Counted from the stretch's first letter, positions 1 through 10,016 are shown. The stretch is DNA of 64,000 bases from Meiothermus sp. (GCA_033762915.1 JANRLD010000078.1:9550-73549), one strand, 5' to 3'. A program made the numbers and translations. Notes: generated by a model not told the origin, from the sequence alone.

Positions 1-655
1 AGTGGCAGAGGAAGGGCACGTCAGGCATGGCCAACCTGACCTCGGGCACCAGGCCCGCCACCGCCAGCGTCAGCCCACCGCCCTGCGAGATGCCCGTCAC
101 CGCCACGCGCCCGGGGTCAACCTCCGGGTGGGCCTGGGCGGCCTCTACGGCCCGCACCGCGTCGGTCATCAGTCGGCGGTAGTAGTAGGTCTTGGGTGAG
201 AGGACGCCCCTGGTCATGAAGCCGGGGTGCTGGGGGTTGTCGCCCTCGAGGGCGAGGTCGGGGGTGTCGCCACCGGTGCCCCAGCGACTGCCCTGGCCCC
301 GCGTGTCCATCAGCAGGTGGGCGTAGCCCGCGCTGGCGTAGGCCAGGCAGCGGTCCACCGGCAGGCCGCGCCCGCCGCCGTAGCCGACGTATTCCACCAC
401 CACGGGCAGCCTGCCCTCGCGACTCTTGGGCAGGGTGAACCAGGCCTTGATCGGCTGGCCGCCGAAGCCGGAAAAGGTCAGGTCGAAGACCTCGAGCGTC
501 CGCAACAGACCATCCGTAGGTTCGAAGGTGGCGTTGAGCGGGTGGCTGCGCGCGTCGCTGAGGGTCTGCTCCCAGAAGGCATCGAAGTCGGCCGGCTCAG
601 GCAGCTCGGGGCGGTAGGTCTGGAGCTTCTCGAGGGGGAAGTCGAAGAGGGGCAT
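1..655 (-). CDS. Acetylxylan esterase / cephalosporin-C deacetylase (CE7), 3' end outside window
   Basis: Not in ORF track. Reverse strand from ATG 655 reads [32 protein letters not shown]; nucleophile motif GISQGG near 80-97. Confidence 0.9.
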   Translation of the reverse strand, partial: MPLFDFPLEKLQTYRPELPEPADFDAFWEQTLSDARSHPLNATFEPTDGLLRTLEVFDLTFSGFGGQPIKAWFTLPKSREGRLPVVVEYVGYGGGRGLPVDRCLAYASAGYAHLLMDTRGQGSRWGTGGDTPDLALEGDNPQHPGFMTRGVLSPKTYYYRRLMTDAVRAVEAAQAHPEVDPGRVAVTGISQGGGLTLAVAGLVPEVRLAMPDVPFLCH

Positions 656-714
656 GGTGCGGCCATCATAATCCACCCCGAAACTGGTACGATGCGGCGG
701 CGAGGGAGAAAACC

Positions 715-1716
715 ATGGCGCGACCCGTGACGTTGTTCACCGGCCAGTGGGCCGACCTGCCCCTGAGCGAACTGGCCCCACTAGCCAGGGAGATGGGCTA
801 CGACGGCCTCGAGCTGGCCTGCTGGGGCGATCACTTCGACGTACAAGAGGCGCTTCGTTCCAAGGGCTATGTCAAAGAGAAGCGGGCCTTGCTCGAGAAA
901 AACAACCTCAAGTGCTTTGCGATCTCCGCCCACCTCGTGGGGCAGGCGGTCTGTGACCTGATCGACGAGCGCCACCGCTCAATCCTGCCCCCACAGGTCT
1001 GGGGCGACGGCGACCCCGAGGGTGTGCGCCGCCGCGCCGCCAAGGAGATCGCCGACACCGCCAAGGCCGCCGCCAAGTTCGGGGTCAAGGTGGTGAACGG
1101 GTTTACGGGCTCATCCATCTGGCACTCGATCTACGCCTTCCCGCCCACCAGTCAGGAGTACTGGGATAAGGGCTTCGCCGACTTCGCCAAGCGCTGGCTG
1201 CCGATTCTGAAGGTATTCGACTCGGTGGATGTGAACTTCGCCCTCGAGGTTCACCCCACCGAAATCGCCTTCGACATCGCCTCGGCCCAACGCGCCGTCC
1301 AGGCCCTGAACGGCCACAGACGCTTCGGCTTCAACTACGACCCATCGCACCTCGGCTACCAGGGCGTCGACTATGTGAAGTTCATCCGCGTCTTCGCCGA
1401 CCGCATCTACCACGCGCACATGAAGGACGTCTGGTGGGGCCACGGCGACGGCACCGTGGGGGTCTTCGGCGGCCACGTCAGCTTCGGCGACAGCCGGCGG
1501 TTCTGGGACTTCAGGAGCGTGGGGCGGGGCGACATCAACTTCGAGGAGATCATCGTGGCCCTCAACGACATCGGCTACGACGGCCCCCTGAGCGTGGAGT
1601 GGGAGGACAGCCGCATGGACAGGGTCCACGGCGCGACCGAGAGCGCGGCTTTCTGTAAGAAGCTGGATTTCAAGCCCTCGAGCCGGGCCTTCGACGCCGC
1701 CTTCGAGAAGTCCTGA
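715..1716 (+). CDS. Sugar phosphate isomerase/epimerase (xylose-isomerase-like TIM barrel)
   Basis: [32 protein letters not shown] motifs; GGGAG RBS. Confidence 0.85.
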   Translation: MARPVTLFTGQWADLPLSELAPLAREMGYDGLELACWGDHFDVQEALRSKGYVKEKRALLEKNNLKCFAISAHLVGQAVCDLIDERHRSILPPQVWGDGDPEGVRRRAAKEIADTAKAAAKFGVKVVNGFTGSSIWHSIYAFPPTSQEYWDKGFADFAKRWLPILKVFDSVDVNFALEVHPTEIAFDIASAQRAVQALNGHRRFGFNYDPSHLGYQGVDYVKFIRVFADRIYHAHMKDVWWGHGDGTVGVFGGHVSFGDSRRFWDFRSVGRGDINFEEIIVALNDIGYDGPLSVEWEDSRMDRVHGATESAAFCKKLDFKPSSRAFDAAFEKS

Positions 1717-1719
1717 GGC

Positions 1720-3264
1720 TCAGCCGACCAGCAGCTCGGCGGCCTTCTCCGCGACCATTATGGTGGGGACGTTGGTGTTGCCGCGCACCACGCCGGGCAT
1801 CACCGAGGCGTCGGCCACGTAAAGGTTCTCCGTCCCGTAGACCTTCAGGCCCTCGTCCACCACCTTGCCCAGGCTGCACGTCCCGGCGGGGTGGTAGAGG
1901 GTCTGGAGGTTGGCCCGGACATAGCCCTCGATTTCGGCTCGAGACTGCAAACCGTCGTGCAAGGCGGGCTCGCCCCGGTAGGCCTCGAAGGCGGCTTGCC
2001 CCGCGAGCAGGCAGGCGTGCTCAAAGGCACGAACAAAGAACTCGAGGTCTCCCCTATCGCCCAGGTAGTTCGGCTGGATCAGCGGCGCGGCCTCGGGGTC
2101 AGGCGAGTGGAGGCCGACGAAGCCCCGGCTCCGGGGCGCCACCCCCACCGGGCCGACGGTGAAGAAGTGGCCCCGCCGGGGCCGGTCGAAGCCATGGTCG
2201 TGGAAGAAGGCCGGGCCAAAGTGGTACTGCAGGTCGGGCGCGGGCGCGTCGGGCATCAAGCGCACGAAAGCCCCGCCCTCGGCCACGTTGGAGGTGAAGG
2301 GGCCGGAACGGCTCAAGAGGTAGTGCGCCAGGTTGAGCAGGTTTTCGGCTCGGTCGAGGCTGATGGGCTGCTTGCAGCGGTAGATCACCGGCAGGGCCAG
2401 GTGGTCCCAAAGGTTGTGGCCCACCGGCAGGGCCTGCTGGACAGGGATGCCGTGCCGGCGCAGGTGGTCGGCAGGCCCGACGCCGGAGAGCAGCAGGAGT
2501 TGCGGCGACTGCACAGCCCCGCTCGAGAGCACCACCCGCCCGGCGTGGGCGGTTTTAACCTCGCCCCGGTGGCGGTACTGCACCCCCACGGCAAGGTTGC
2601 GGTCAAACAGCACCTTGTGCGCCCTGGCCTCAGCATGGACGGTCAGGTTGGGGCGGCTTAGGGCTGGGGTCAGGTAGGCGTCGGCGGCGCTGTGGCGTGC
2701 GCCGTTCTTACAGGTGACGTCGAACAGCCCCGCACCTTCTTGCTCGGCCCCGTTGAAGTCGGAGTTCTCAGTCAGCCCGGCCTGCTTACAGGCTTCCACG
2801 AACACGTGGGTAAGCGGGTTGGTGTAGCGCCGCCGCTCGACGTTAAGCGGGCCACCGGTAGCGTGGTAATCCGACTTGCCCAAAAAGTGGTGCTCGAGCC
2901 GCTTGAAGTAGGGCAGCAGTTCCCGAAAGCTCCACCCTCTGACCTTCCAATCATCGTAGTCAAAGCGGTTGCCCCGCATGTAGATCATGGCGTTGATGGC
3001 GCTGCTGCCGCCCAGCGTCTTGCCCCTGGGCCAGTACAGCCTGCGCCCGTCCAGCTCGCCCTGGGGCTCGGTGAAAAAAGCCCAGTCGGCCTTGGTCTTG
3101 TAGAGCCTGGGGAAGGCGGCGGGCACCCGGTGGTTGAGGTCTTTGGGCGGCCCACCGGCCTCGAGCAGCAACACCCTTACCGCCGGCTTAGCGCTCAGCC
3201 GGTTGGCCAGCACGCACCCCGCCGACCCCGCCCCAATGATGATGTAGTCGTACTCGGTAGACAT
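1720..3264 (-). CDS. GMC family oxidoreductase (choline dehydrogenase-like)
   Basis: GAGSAG FAD motif, RGKTLGGSSAINAM, YHPAGTC, ADASVMP..GNTN..TIMVAEK. Confidence 0.9.
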   Translation of the reverse strand: MSTEYDYIIIGAGSAGCVLANRLSAKPAVRVLLLEAGGPPKDLNHRVPAAFPRLYKTKADWAFFTEPQGELDGRRLYWPRGKTLGGSSAINAMIYMRGNRFDYDDWKVRGWSFRELLPYFKRLEHHFLGKSDYHATGGPLNVERRRYTNPLTHVFVEACKQAGLTENSDFNGAEQEGAGLFDVTCKNGARHSAADAYLTPALSRPNLTVHAEARAHKVLFDRNLAVGVQYRHRGEVKTAHAGRVVLSSGAVQSPQLLLLSGVGPADHLRRHGIPVQQALPVGHNLWDHLALPVIYRCKQPISLDRAENLLNLAHYLLSRSGPFTSNVAEGGAFVRLMPDAPAPDLQYHFGPAFFHDHGFDRPRRGHFFTVGPVGVAPRSRGFVGLHSPDPEAAPLIQPNYLGDRGDLEFFVRAFEHACLLAGQAAFEAYRGEPALHDGLQSRAEIEGYVRANLQTLYHPAGTCSLGKVVDEGLKVYGTENLYVADASVMPGVVRGNTNVPTIMVAEKAAELLVG

Positions 3265-3309
3265 CGCTTGGAGTAAGTTTACCCCATCACGTTTTTGCCC
3301 TGCTGCGCC

Positions 3310-3337
3310 TTGAAACGCGCGGCTCCGGCTCTATACT
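3310..3337 (+). promoter_or_regulatory. Sigma-70-type promoter of clpS (TTGAAA-16 nt-TATACT), leaderless
   Basis: -10 hexamer lies 7 nt before ATG 3345; no SD. Confidence 0.6.
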
Positions 3338-3344
3338 TAACGCT

Positions 3345-3647
3345 ATGGGTCAGGGGAGTACCGACACGCTCAGCCGCACCAATACCCGCATTCAGAAGGC
3401 CCCCATGTACAAGGTGCTGCTGCTGAACGACGACTACACCACCTGGGATTTCGTGGTCTTCGTGCTGATGCGCTTCTTCGGCAAGAGCGAAGCCGAGGCC
3501 CACCAGGGGACGCTGGAAGTCCACCAAAAAGGCATCTACGTGGCGGGCATCTACACCTTCGAGATCGCCGAGACCAAGGCCAACCAGGTCATCCGCGCAG
3601 CTCAGGAAGAGGGGCATCCCTTTCAGGCCACGGTAGAGCCGGAGTAG
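3345..3647 (+). CDS. clpS: ATP-dependent Clp protease adaptor ClpS
   Basis: YKVLLLNDDYT..FVV, LEVHQKG, EIAETK. Confidence 0.95.
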   Translation: MGQGSTDTLSRTNTRIQKAPMYKVLLLNDDYTTWDFVVFVLMRFFGKSEAEAHQGTLEVHQKGIYVAGIYTFEIAETKANQVIRAAQEEGHPFQATVEPE

Positions 3648-3794
3648 TGCTTGAGCCCTTGCGGGGCCTGCACTACCAGAATCAACTCGAGAACCCCGGA
3701 GTATCCCCGTGATAGGTTTTGCGAAACCCGGCCCGCGACAGCCCGGGGGACTGCGCCCGCAGCCGGCCTGCGGGACGGTGGCAGTTCGCGCGCC

Positions 3795-4649
3795 TCAACC
3801 CCCGACCTTCTCCTTCACCAACTCTCCGTACAAGTCCGGTCGGCGCTGCTGAAAGACTGGGAAATCTTGGCGCAGTTTACGCAAAGGTGCGGGGTCGAGT
3901 TCGACAGTCATCACGCCCTCACGCTCGAGGCGGGCCATCTCCATGCCCATAAAGTCCACGGCAAAGCTGGCCACCCCGAAGGGCTCCTCGGCGTGGTTGG
4001 CGGAGATCAGGTAGGCCTGGTTTTCAGCCGCCCGCGACTTGCAAAACAGCTCCCAGGCGTAGCCCCGGCTGGCAGGCCAGGCCGAAGGCACCACGAAGAC
4101 CTCCGCCCCTTGCAAGGCGTAGCTGCGGAACAGCTCGGGGAAGCGCAGGTCGAAGCAGATCGAGACCGCGACCTTGAGGCCGCCCACCTCCACCATTACC
4201 AGGCGGTTGCCCGGGAGCATGTTGGTGGGCTCGTTGAAGGCAGGGATCAGGTGGTTCTTGGTGTAGCAGGCCACCTCCGCGCCGCCCGCGAAGACGCTGG
4301 CCTGGTTGAGGTACTGCTGGGCCCGGGGGCGGCCCGGCACGGGCTTGGGCGAGTGGGCGTGGGCGCTGGGCGAGTCGGCGTGCTCGAGCATCCCCGCCAC
4401 AATCACCGTCCGGTTGCCTGCCGTGGCGGCCTGCAACGCGCCCTTGAGTTCGCCCGCCAGCGCGGCCTCCTCGAGCCGGTAGCTGACCGCGAACAGCTCG
4501 GGCAGCACAATCAGGTCGGCCCCTTCGGACTGGGCCTGGGAGACCAGCTCGAGGGCGGCCTCGAGGGTATCATGGGCGGTCCCGCGGGTGGCGATGTGAA
4601 TCGAAGAGATTTTCAACTGCGGCGGCAGGTGTTGGGCGGCATCCTTCAC
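3795..4649 (-). CDS. Carbon-nitrogen hydrolase (nitrilase/amidase family)
   Basis: Glu-Lys-Cys triad: LIVLPE, YTKNHL, ICFDLRFPE; RAAENQ. Confidence 0.9.
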   Translation of the reverse strand: MKDAAQHLPPQLKISSIHIATRGTAHDTLEAALELVSQAQSEGADLIVLPELFAVSYRLEEAALAGELKGALQAATAGNRTVIVAGMLEHADSPSAHAHSPKPVPGRPRAQQYLNQASVFAGGAEVACYTKNHLIPAFNEPTNMLPGNRLVMVEVGGLKVAVSICFDLRFPELFRSYALQGAEVFVVPSAWPASRGYAWELFCKSRAAENQAYLISANHAEEPFGVASFAVDFMGMEMARLEREGVMTVELDPAPLRKLRQDFPVFQQRRPDLYGELVKEKVGG

Positions 4650-4972
4650 GACTCGCTCCTTTGGCGCACGAGCTGGATGCGGTGGGCGATGAAGGGCAGT
4701 ACCAGCCCCACCCCCGTCCCCAGCAGCGCCGCCCCGATCTCGCCCTGCACGCTTTGCATCAGGATCACGACGGCGATCATCCCGGCGAACAGCGGCACCA
4801 CGAAGGGCTTCTTGTCCGGGTACTGTACCGCCGCCGCCCCCAGCAGCGTACAGACCGTGAGGGTCGAGCCAAAGGTGTCGCGGGCGATGAAGAAGAAGTA
4901 GATCAGCCCCACGATGCTCACGACGATCAGCACCTGGGCCACCTTGGCCGGGGGAAGCATCTGCAAACGCAT
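4646..4972 (-). CDS. Small membrane protein (about 4 TM)
   Basis: Hydrophobic ORF from MRLQMLPPAK; TACCCT -10 just upstream; stop overlaps the nitrilase start. Confidence 0.65.
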   Translation of the reverse strand: MRLQMLPPAKVAQVLIVVSIVGLIYFFFIARDTFGSTLTVCTLLGAAAVQYPDKKPFVVPLFAGMIAVVILMQSVQGEIGAALLGTGVGLVLPFIAHRIQLVRQRSES

Positions 4973-5170
4973 GGGACTAGGGTACAGGAAGTGGGGGGTG
5001 GGGAGTAGGGGGTGAGAGATCATCAGCCGTAGGCCATCGGCGATAGGGGGATACGGCTTTAGCCACCAAAGCGACTCTCGGGCAGTAGAAACGCCGAAGA
5101 CCGTATGGTCTTCGGCGTTTTGCTGTTCGCGATCGGACTCGAGACCTGCCAAGAGGCCAACGGCCGGGAG

Positions 5171-5488
5171 TTAGTGCTTAATGAACCGCCAGACGATCAG
5201 ACTCGAGACGATCAGCCCCAGGCCGCCCCAGGCCACCTGCGGCTCGCTGCCCGCGAAGCCCAGCAGCGCGGCCAGCACGCCCGCGCTGAGAAAACCGAGC
5301 GCATACTTGGGGTTGACGGTCACGCCCAGGATCAGCGCGACCAGGAAGCCCGACACAGCGGGCGGGAGCCCGGCCCCCACCACCACGATGCCGACCAGTA
5401 GGGCGAGGGTAATCACCAGCCCCACCACATACGCGCCGGGGAAGGGCTCTTTGCGGGTTTTTTCGGGTTTGCCGCCGTATTCAGCCAT
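5171..5488 (-). CDS. Small membrane protein
   Basis: MAEYGGKPEK followed by hydrophobic segments; AAGGA RBS. Confidence 0.65.
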   Translation of the reverse strand: MAEYGGKPEKTRKEPFPGAYVVGLVITLALLVGIVVVGAGLPPAVSGFLVALILGVTVNPKYALGFLSAGVLAALLGFAGSEPQVAWGGLGLIVSSLIVWRFIKH

Positions 5489-5589
5489 AGTGTTGTCCTT
5501 AGAAGTATAGCAGTAGGGAAAGGGGATTGTGTGCCAGGGAGACGGCGAAGCGCGAACGGATTGTTGGGGCGTTGGCGGTTCTGCGTCCC

Positions 5590-6318
5590 CTATCGAAAAG
5601 CCTCCGGCGTCTCCAGGCTCCTCCAGGCCAGCTTGCCGTCTTGTACGGGGGGCCAGAGCACGAAGGTGGCCTTGCCGCCGATCTGGCCGAGGGGGATGGG
5701 GCCGAAGCCCCTCGAGTCCTCCGAGCCGCCGAAAGAACGGTTGTCGCCCATCACGAAGTAATTGCCCGGGGGGACGGTGTACTCGCCGGTCTGACCCTCG
5801 CGGAAGGGCCAGCGGTCGGAGTTGGCGCGGTCGGACTCGGTGTCGAGCTGGTTGAGGTGACGCCAGAAGGGGACGGTGTGGGCCTCTTCCACCGGCCGAC
5901 CGTTGAGGTAGAGCTGGCCCCCCTCCATGCGGAGCCTGTCGCCGGGCAAGCCCACAATCCGCTTGATGAAGTAGGGGCGGAAGGTCGCGCCCCACTGCCC
6001 GAAGAAGGGCATCGGCTGCACCGCGTAGGGCGAGGCCGCGTTGGGGCGCACCACCACTAGGTCACCCCGCTTAAAGCTGCCCAGACCAAAGCGGTGCAGC
6101 CAGGTCTGGTACTTGGGCACGAACAGGCGCTGGCCGTTTTGGAGGTTGGGCAGGTCGGACGTCCCCACCACCCCGACGGTAGTGAAGAGGAAGGTGGTGA
6201 GTAAGAAGGCCAACAGGATGGCCTCGCCGACGGGGCGGAGCCATTCCAGGAACAGATACCGGACAAAGCCGGGGCTCTGAGCGGGCGGCGTGCCCGTTTG
6301 GGTTTCGACGGGTTGCAC
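5590..6318 (-). CDS. lepB: Signal peptidase I
   Basis: TM anchor, GTSDLPNL (catalytic Ser), FIKRIVGLPGD (Lys), YFVMGDNR..SEDSR.FG; probable GTG start 6318 with GAGG SD. Confidence 0.92.
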   Translation of the reverse strand: MQPVETQTGTPPAQSPGFVRYLFLEWLRPVGEAILLAFLLTTFLFTTVGVVGTSDLPNLQNGQRLFVPKYQTWLHRFGLGSFKRGDLVVVRPNAASPYAVQPMPFFGQWGATFRPYFIKRIVGLPGDRLRMEGGQLYLNGRPVEEAHTVPFWRHLNQLDTESDRANSDRWPFREGQTGEYTVPPGNYFVMGDNRSFGGSEDSRGFGPIPLGQIGGKATFVLWPPVQDGKLAWRSLETPEAFR

Positions 6319-6406
6319 GGGGTACCTCGAGGGATGCGGGTGGCATGTGGCTTGTGGCCGAGAGCCAAAAGCGCCGAGTATTCGGGAATGAGTGCCGGGC
6401 TTGGGC

Positions 6407-6769
6407 TTAGGTGTGCAGATTCGCTCGAGGCGGCGCACGCGGGAGCGCAGAAGCCTCGATCCGAGGGGGAAGGCCCGGCGCGGGAAGCTCGAGCCCAACC
6501 CGGAGCGCATGAGCCCGAAGCGTCATCCCAGCCTTTTGCGGAAGGGCAGCACTCGAGCCCCCCTGAATCGCCAACATCTGCTGCGGCGACGAAGTCTTAG
6601 GGGCCGTGGTCTGGGGCGGGCAGTGATCCAGACAGGCCTGCGGGGGGAAAAGCTGCTCGAGGGTGTGGCTGAGGGCGAAGCGGGCCTCGGAGCTCGAGAA
6701 GGTCAACAACACCAGGAGGGGCAACAGCTTCGGCCATAGCCCCTGGGTTTGTAGCCTGCGCCACGTCAT
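6407..6769 (-). CDS. Secreted uORF-like protein with C-terminal RAPP motif (candidate arrest peptide)
   Basis: Signal-peptide-like N-terminus (RR..LLPLLVLLTFSSSEA), Pro-rich linker, ..LPRAPPRANLHT; TATCAT -10 upstream. Confidence 0.6.
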   Translation of the reverse strand: MTWRRLQTQGLWPKLLPLLVLLTFSSSEARFALSHTLEQLFPPQACLDHCPPQTTAPKTSSPQQMLAIQGGSSAALPQKAGMTLRAHALRVGLELPAPGLPPRIEASALPRAPPRANLHT

Positions 6770-6825
6770 CCTGGGTTTGATGATACACCCCCAGATGACG
6801 GGGGGCTGAAAGAGGTCGCCCTGGC

Positions 6826-7842
6826 TCAGACCTCCTCGAGCTTCTCCACCTCCGCCTGGGGCACGGCAACGGCCGCCGGAATGGGTAAGTGCCCGGGTGC
6901 CCCCAGCAACACGCGGTAGAGGTCGCTCAGGACTGCGCTGGCGGTCACGCCGGCGCCGGCGCCCGCCCCCGCAAAGACCAATTGGCCGATGGGGTCACCT
7001 TTGTAGACCATCGCGTTTCGCCCGCTCCCCATCGTGACCAGGGGGTGCTCGGCGGGCAGGCGGACGGGCCGAACCGCCCCCACCCATTGCCCCTTCTCGG
7101 GGTACAGGCTGGCCACCAGTTTGATGGCCTGGCCCTTAGCGCGGGCCTCCTTCAGCATCTCGGGAGTGAGGTGTTGGATACCCCGGGTGTGCCTCAGCAC
7201 CCGGTCCCAGTTGAGGTTGGGGTCTACGGTCAGGCGGCCCAGCACGGTGATCTTGTGCGCCGAGTCGATTCCGCCCACGTCGAGGTTGGGGTCGGCCTCG
7301 AGGTAGCCCAGGTCGCCCGCCTCCTTGAAGGCCTCGGCGTAGGTCGCCCCCTCCTCGAGCCGCCGGATGATGTAGCTGCAGGTCCCGTTGACGATGCCGT
7401 GCATCTCCGTGGTCTGGTTGCCCCACAGGCTCTGCAAGGCCCCGATGATGGGCGTGCCCGCCATCACGCTGGCCTCGTAGTGCAAGTCGCCCTCCTCGGC
7501 GTAGGGGCGCAGCTCGTCCCAGCGCTCGGCCAGCAGCGCCTTGTTGGCCGTGACCACCGGGAGGCCGCGCTGGAGCGCCTCGAGCACCATCTCTCCGGCC
7601 TGGTCGGTACCGCCCGCCACCTCCACCAGCACGTCCACGTCGTCCAGGAAGCCCTCGGCCTTGGCGGTGAGGAGCCTCGAGGCAATACCCGGCCTGGCCT
7701 TCTTCTCGTCGCGCACCAGCACTTTTGCCAGTTCCACCTTCACGTCCAGCGCCCTGAAGCGCTCCTGGTGCTTGGGCAGCAGCTCGGCCAGCCCGCCCCC
7801 CACCGTGCCCGCGCCCATCATGCCGATGCGAATGGTTTCCAT
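6826..7842 (-). CDS. hom: Homoserine dehydrogenase
   Basis: GAGTVG, VVTANKAL, YEASVMAGTP, GIVNGT, EADPNLDVGGIDSAHK. Confidence 0.95.
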   Translation of the reverse strand: METIRIGMMGAGTVGGGLAELLPKHQERFRALDVKVELAKVLVRDEKKARPGIASRLLTAKAEGFLDDVDVLVEVAGGTDQAGEMVLEALQRGLPVVTANKALLAERWDELRPYAEEGDLHYEASVMAGTPIIGALQSLWGNQTTEMHGIVNGTCSYIIRRLEEGATYAEAFKEAGDLGYLEADPNLDVGGIDSAHKITVLGRLTVDPNLNWDRVLRHTRGIQHLTPEMLKEARAKGQAIKLVASLYPEKGQWVGAVRPVRLPAEHPLVTMGSGRNAMVYKGDPIGQLVFAGAGAGAGVTASAVLSDLYRVLLGAPGHLPIPAAVAVPQAEVEKLEEV

Positions 7843-8077
7843 GAACGATAGCCTACCTTGAGCGGTGAGCGACGGGCAATGCGCACAAAGCTGAAGGCCA
7901 CCCGCCGTAAACCGACTGGATTCCAGTCATGACCCGGCGGAAACGCCTTGAGGCTTCTACCGAGACGCTGCGGAGCGCCGCAGTGGTGGGGAGCGAGATC
8001 AGGGGCACGGCGCTTTTGCCGGCTTGGCCGTCGGCTGTCGCTCACGGCTCACTGCACATTGCTCTAAGCTATTCTTC

Positions 8078-9187
8078 GTGGCCGCCCAACAGACCCTCAC
8101 CCAAGCCGCGCAGGAGCGGGGGTTCGTGACGGCCTGGGCCGGGCTGGATTTACCGGAGGAGGCCAGGAAGCGTAATCGAGACTGGATCGAGCAAGGCCAC
8201 CAAGCCGAGATGGGCTACTTGAACCAGAATCTCGAGACCCGCCTGAACCCCAAATCCCGCTTCGGCTGGGCCAGAAGTGTGCTGGTGTTGGCCGCCCCGC
8301 ACAGCTACCCCAGGCCCGAAAAACCCGGTGATGGCCTCCGCGTCGGCAAGGTCGCCCGCTACGCCTGGGTGAGGGATTATCACCTGCTGATTCAGCCGCA
8401 CTTGCGGGCCTTGGAGGAACTGGCAAAGGAGTTGGGCTTGGGGGCCAAGGGCTACGTGGACACCGGACCCCTCTCCGAGCGGGCCTACGGCGCGTTGGGG
8501 TCTCTGGGCTGGGTAGGCCGCAACGCCATGCTGATGCGGATGGGTGAAGGCACGTATCTGACACTGGCCATGCTGCTGACCACCCTCTCCCCAGCCCCCC
8601 ACCCAGACGGACAGGGCCTCTATCCCAACCGCTGCGGCTCCTGCACCCGCTGCGTCGCCGCCTGCCCCACGGGCGCTCTGCTGGGCGACGGCTCGCTCGA
8701 CTCGAGGCGCTGCATCGCCTATTGGACGATAGAGCACCGGGGGTTGATCCCAACCGACCTCTGGCCTTTTTTCGACGAGTGGCTGTTTGGCTGCGACATC
8801 TGTCAAGAAGTGTGTCCCTGGAATCGCAAGGCCCAGGAATTTTGGCAAGGCTTCCAGCCCGAGGCCGATCTGGCCTATCCCAACCTGCTGGATTTCTTCA
8901 CCCTGTCTTCCAAAGCCTTCGAGCGCAAATACGCCCAAACCGTCTTCCTCCGCCCAGGCCGCACCCGTCTGGCCCGCAACGCCTTGATCGTCCTGGCGAA
9001 CACGGGCGACCCTGCCCACCTACCCCTGATCCGCCAGGCCGCCCAGGACATTAACCCCGTTGTCCGCGCTTCTGCCGCCGGAGCTTTGCACAGATATGGG
9101 GATTTGGATGGCGTTGTCCAGCTTGGCAACGACCCAGACGAGGGGGTCTCGAGGGAAGCCCAACGGTTACTGACCCTCGACCTTTGA
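8078..9187 (+). CDS. queG: Epoxyqueuosine reductase
   Basis: ARYAW.RDYH, VDTGP, CGSCTRCVAACPT, FGCDICQEVCPWN; GTG start 7 nt after TAAGCT. Confidence 0.93.
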   Translation: MAAQQTLTQAAQERGFVTAWAGLDLPEEARKRNRDWIEQGHQAEMGYLNQNLETRLNPKSRFGWARSVLVLAAPHSYPRPEKPGDGLRVGKVARYAWVRDYHLLIQPHLRALEELAKELGLGAKGYVDTGPLSERAYGALGSLGWVGRNAMLMRMGEGTYLTLAMLLTTLSPAPHPDGQGLYPNRCGSCTRCVAACPTGALLGDGSLDSRRCIAYWTIEHRGLIPTDLWPFFDEWLFGCDICQEVCPWNRKAQEFWQGFQPEADLAYPNLLDFFTLSSKAFERKYAQTVFLRPGRTRLARNALIVLANTGDPAHLPLIRQAAQDINPVVRASAAGALHRYGDLDGVVQLGNDPDEGVSREAQRLLTLDL

Positions 9188-9188
9188 G

Positions 9189-9275
9189 AGCGGTTCCCAT
9201 GCATACTCCCTCCGAGGCGCAATTCCCTGTGGGAGTTGGCGGGCGGCATGTCGCAGTTGAACTATGCAGAGACTT
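9189..9275 (+). repeat. Dispersed repeat (family A left end fused to family B core)
   Basis: AGCGGTTCCCA.. then CCGAGGCGCAATTCCCTGTGGGAGTTGGCGGG..AACTATGCAGA, shared with copies at 21845, 23420 and 43003. Confidence 0.75.
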
Positions 9276-9305
9276 GGCTTTCGACGTTTGGCAGCACGAA
9301 GGGCT

Positions 9306-10016
9306 TTACTGCGGAAACCGCCCCTGCCGCACCACCTCGGCCAGCACCTCGGGCAGTTCCCAGGCGGCCAGGTCGAAGGCCACCTGGCCGTAGTCGTAGG
9401 GCAGCTTGAGGAAGCGGTGGTGGATCTCGCCGTGCATGTCGTCCTCGAGGATCAGCACATCAGCCCCGGGCTCGCCGCCCAGGCTCAGGCCGACCGAGCC
9501 GGGGTCGTAGACGATGCCCTTGTGGATGGCCCGCTTAAAAGGGATGTGCCGACCGGCCACCACCGCGTAGCGCGAGCGGATGCCCTCGAGCATCTTGAGG
9601 ATCTCGGCGGGGTGGCCCTCGTTGAGGTCGAGCTTGGTCTCGGGGTCTTCGGGCGAGCCGTGAAAGGCCATCAAGCGCCCGCCCAGGGTGTCAATGCGGT
9701 GCCTCGAGCGCAGGTTGCGCAGAAAATTGAGCTCCCGAGACCCCAACTGGTCTCGAGTCCACAGAATCGTGGCCTCGGCAATGCCCTCGCGGGCCTTGGA
9801 CGGCAGGGCGTAGGCCACCCGCAGGTCGGCGGCCCCCGGCACGCAGGGGATGCCCTCGCGGTCGAGCTTGCGGATCACCTGCCGGGGGTGCGGGCCGTAG
9901 CCCACCAGGTCGCCCACCGCCAAAATTTGCGCGATACCCTCCTTGCGCAGTGCCTCCAGGGCTGTCTCGAGGGCAGGGAGGTTGGCGTGTATCTCGGCGA
10001 TGATCCCAAGGCGCAT
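9306..10016 (-). CDS. Calcineurin-like metallophosphoesterase family protein (degenerate motifs)
   Basis: MRLGIIAEIHAN, GDLVGYGP, FHGSP, DPGSVG. Confidence 0.85.
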   Translation of the reverse strand: MRLGIIAEIHANLPALETALEALRKEGIAQILAVGDLVGYGPHPRQVIRKLDREGIPCVPGAADLRVAYALPSKAREGIAEATILWTRDQLGSRELNFLRNLRSRHRIDTLGGRLMAFHGSPEDPETKLDLNEGHPAEILKMLEGIRSRYAVVAGRHIPFKRAIHKGIVYDPGSVGLSLGGEPGADVLILEDDMHGEIHHRFLKLPYDYGQVAFDLAAWELPEVLAEVVRQGRFPQ

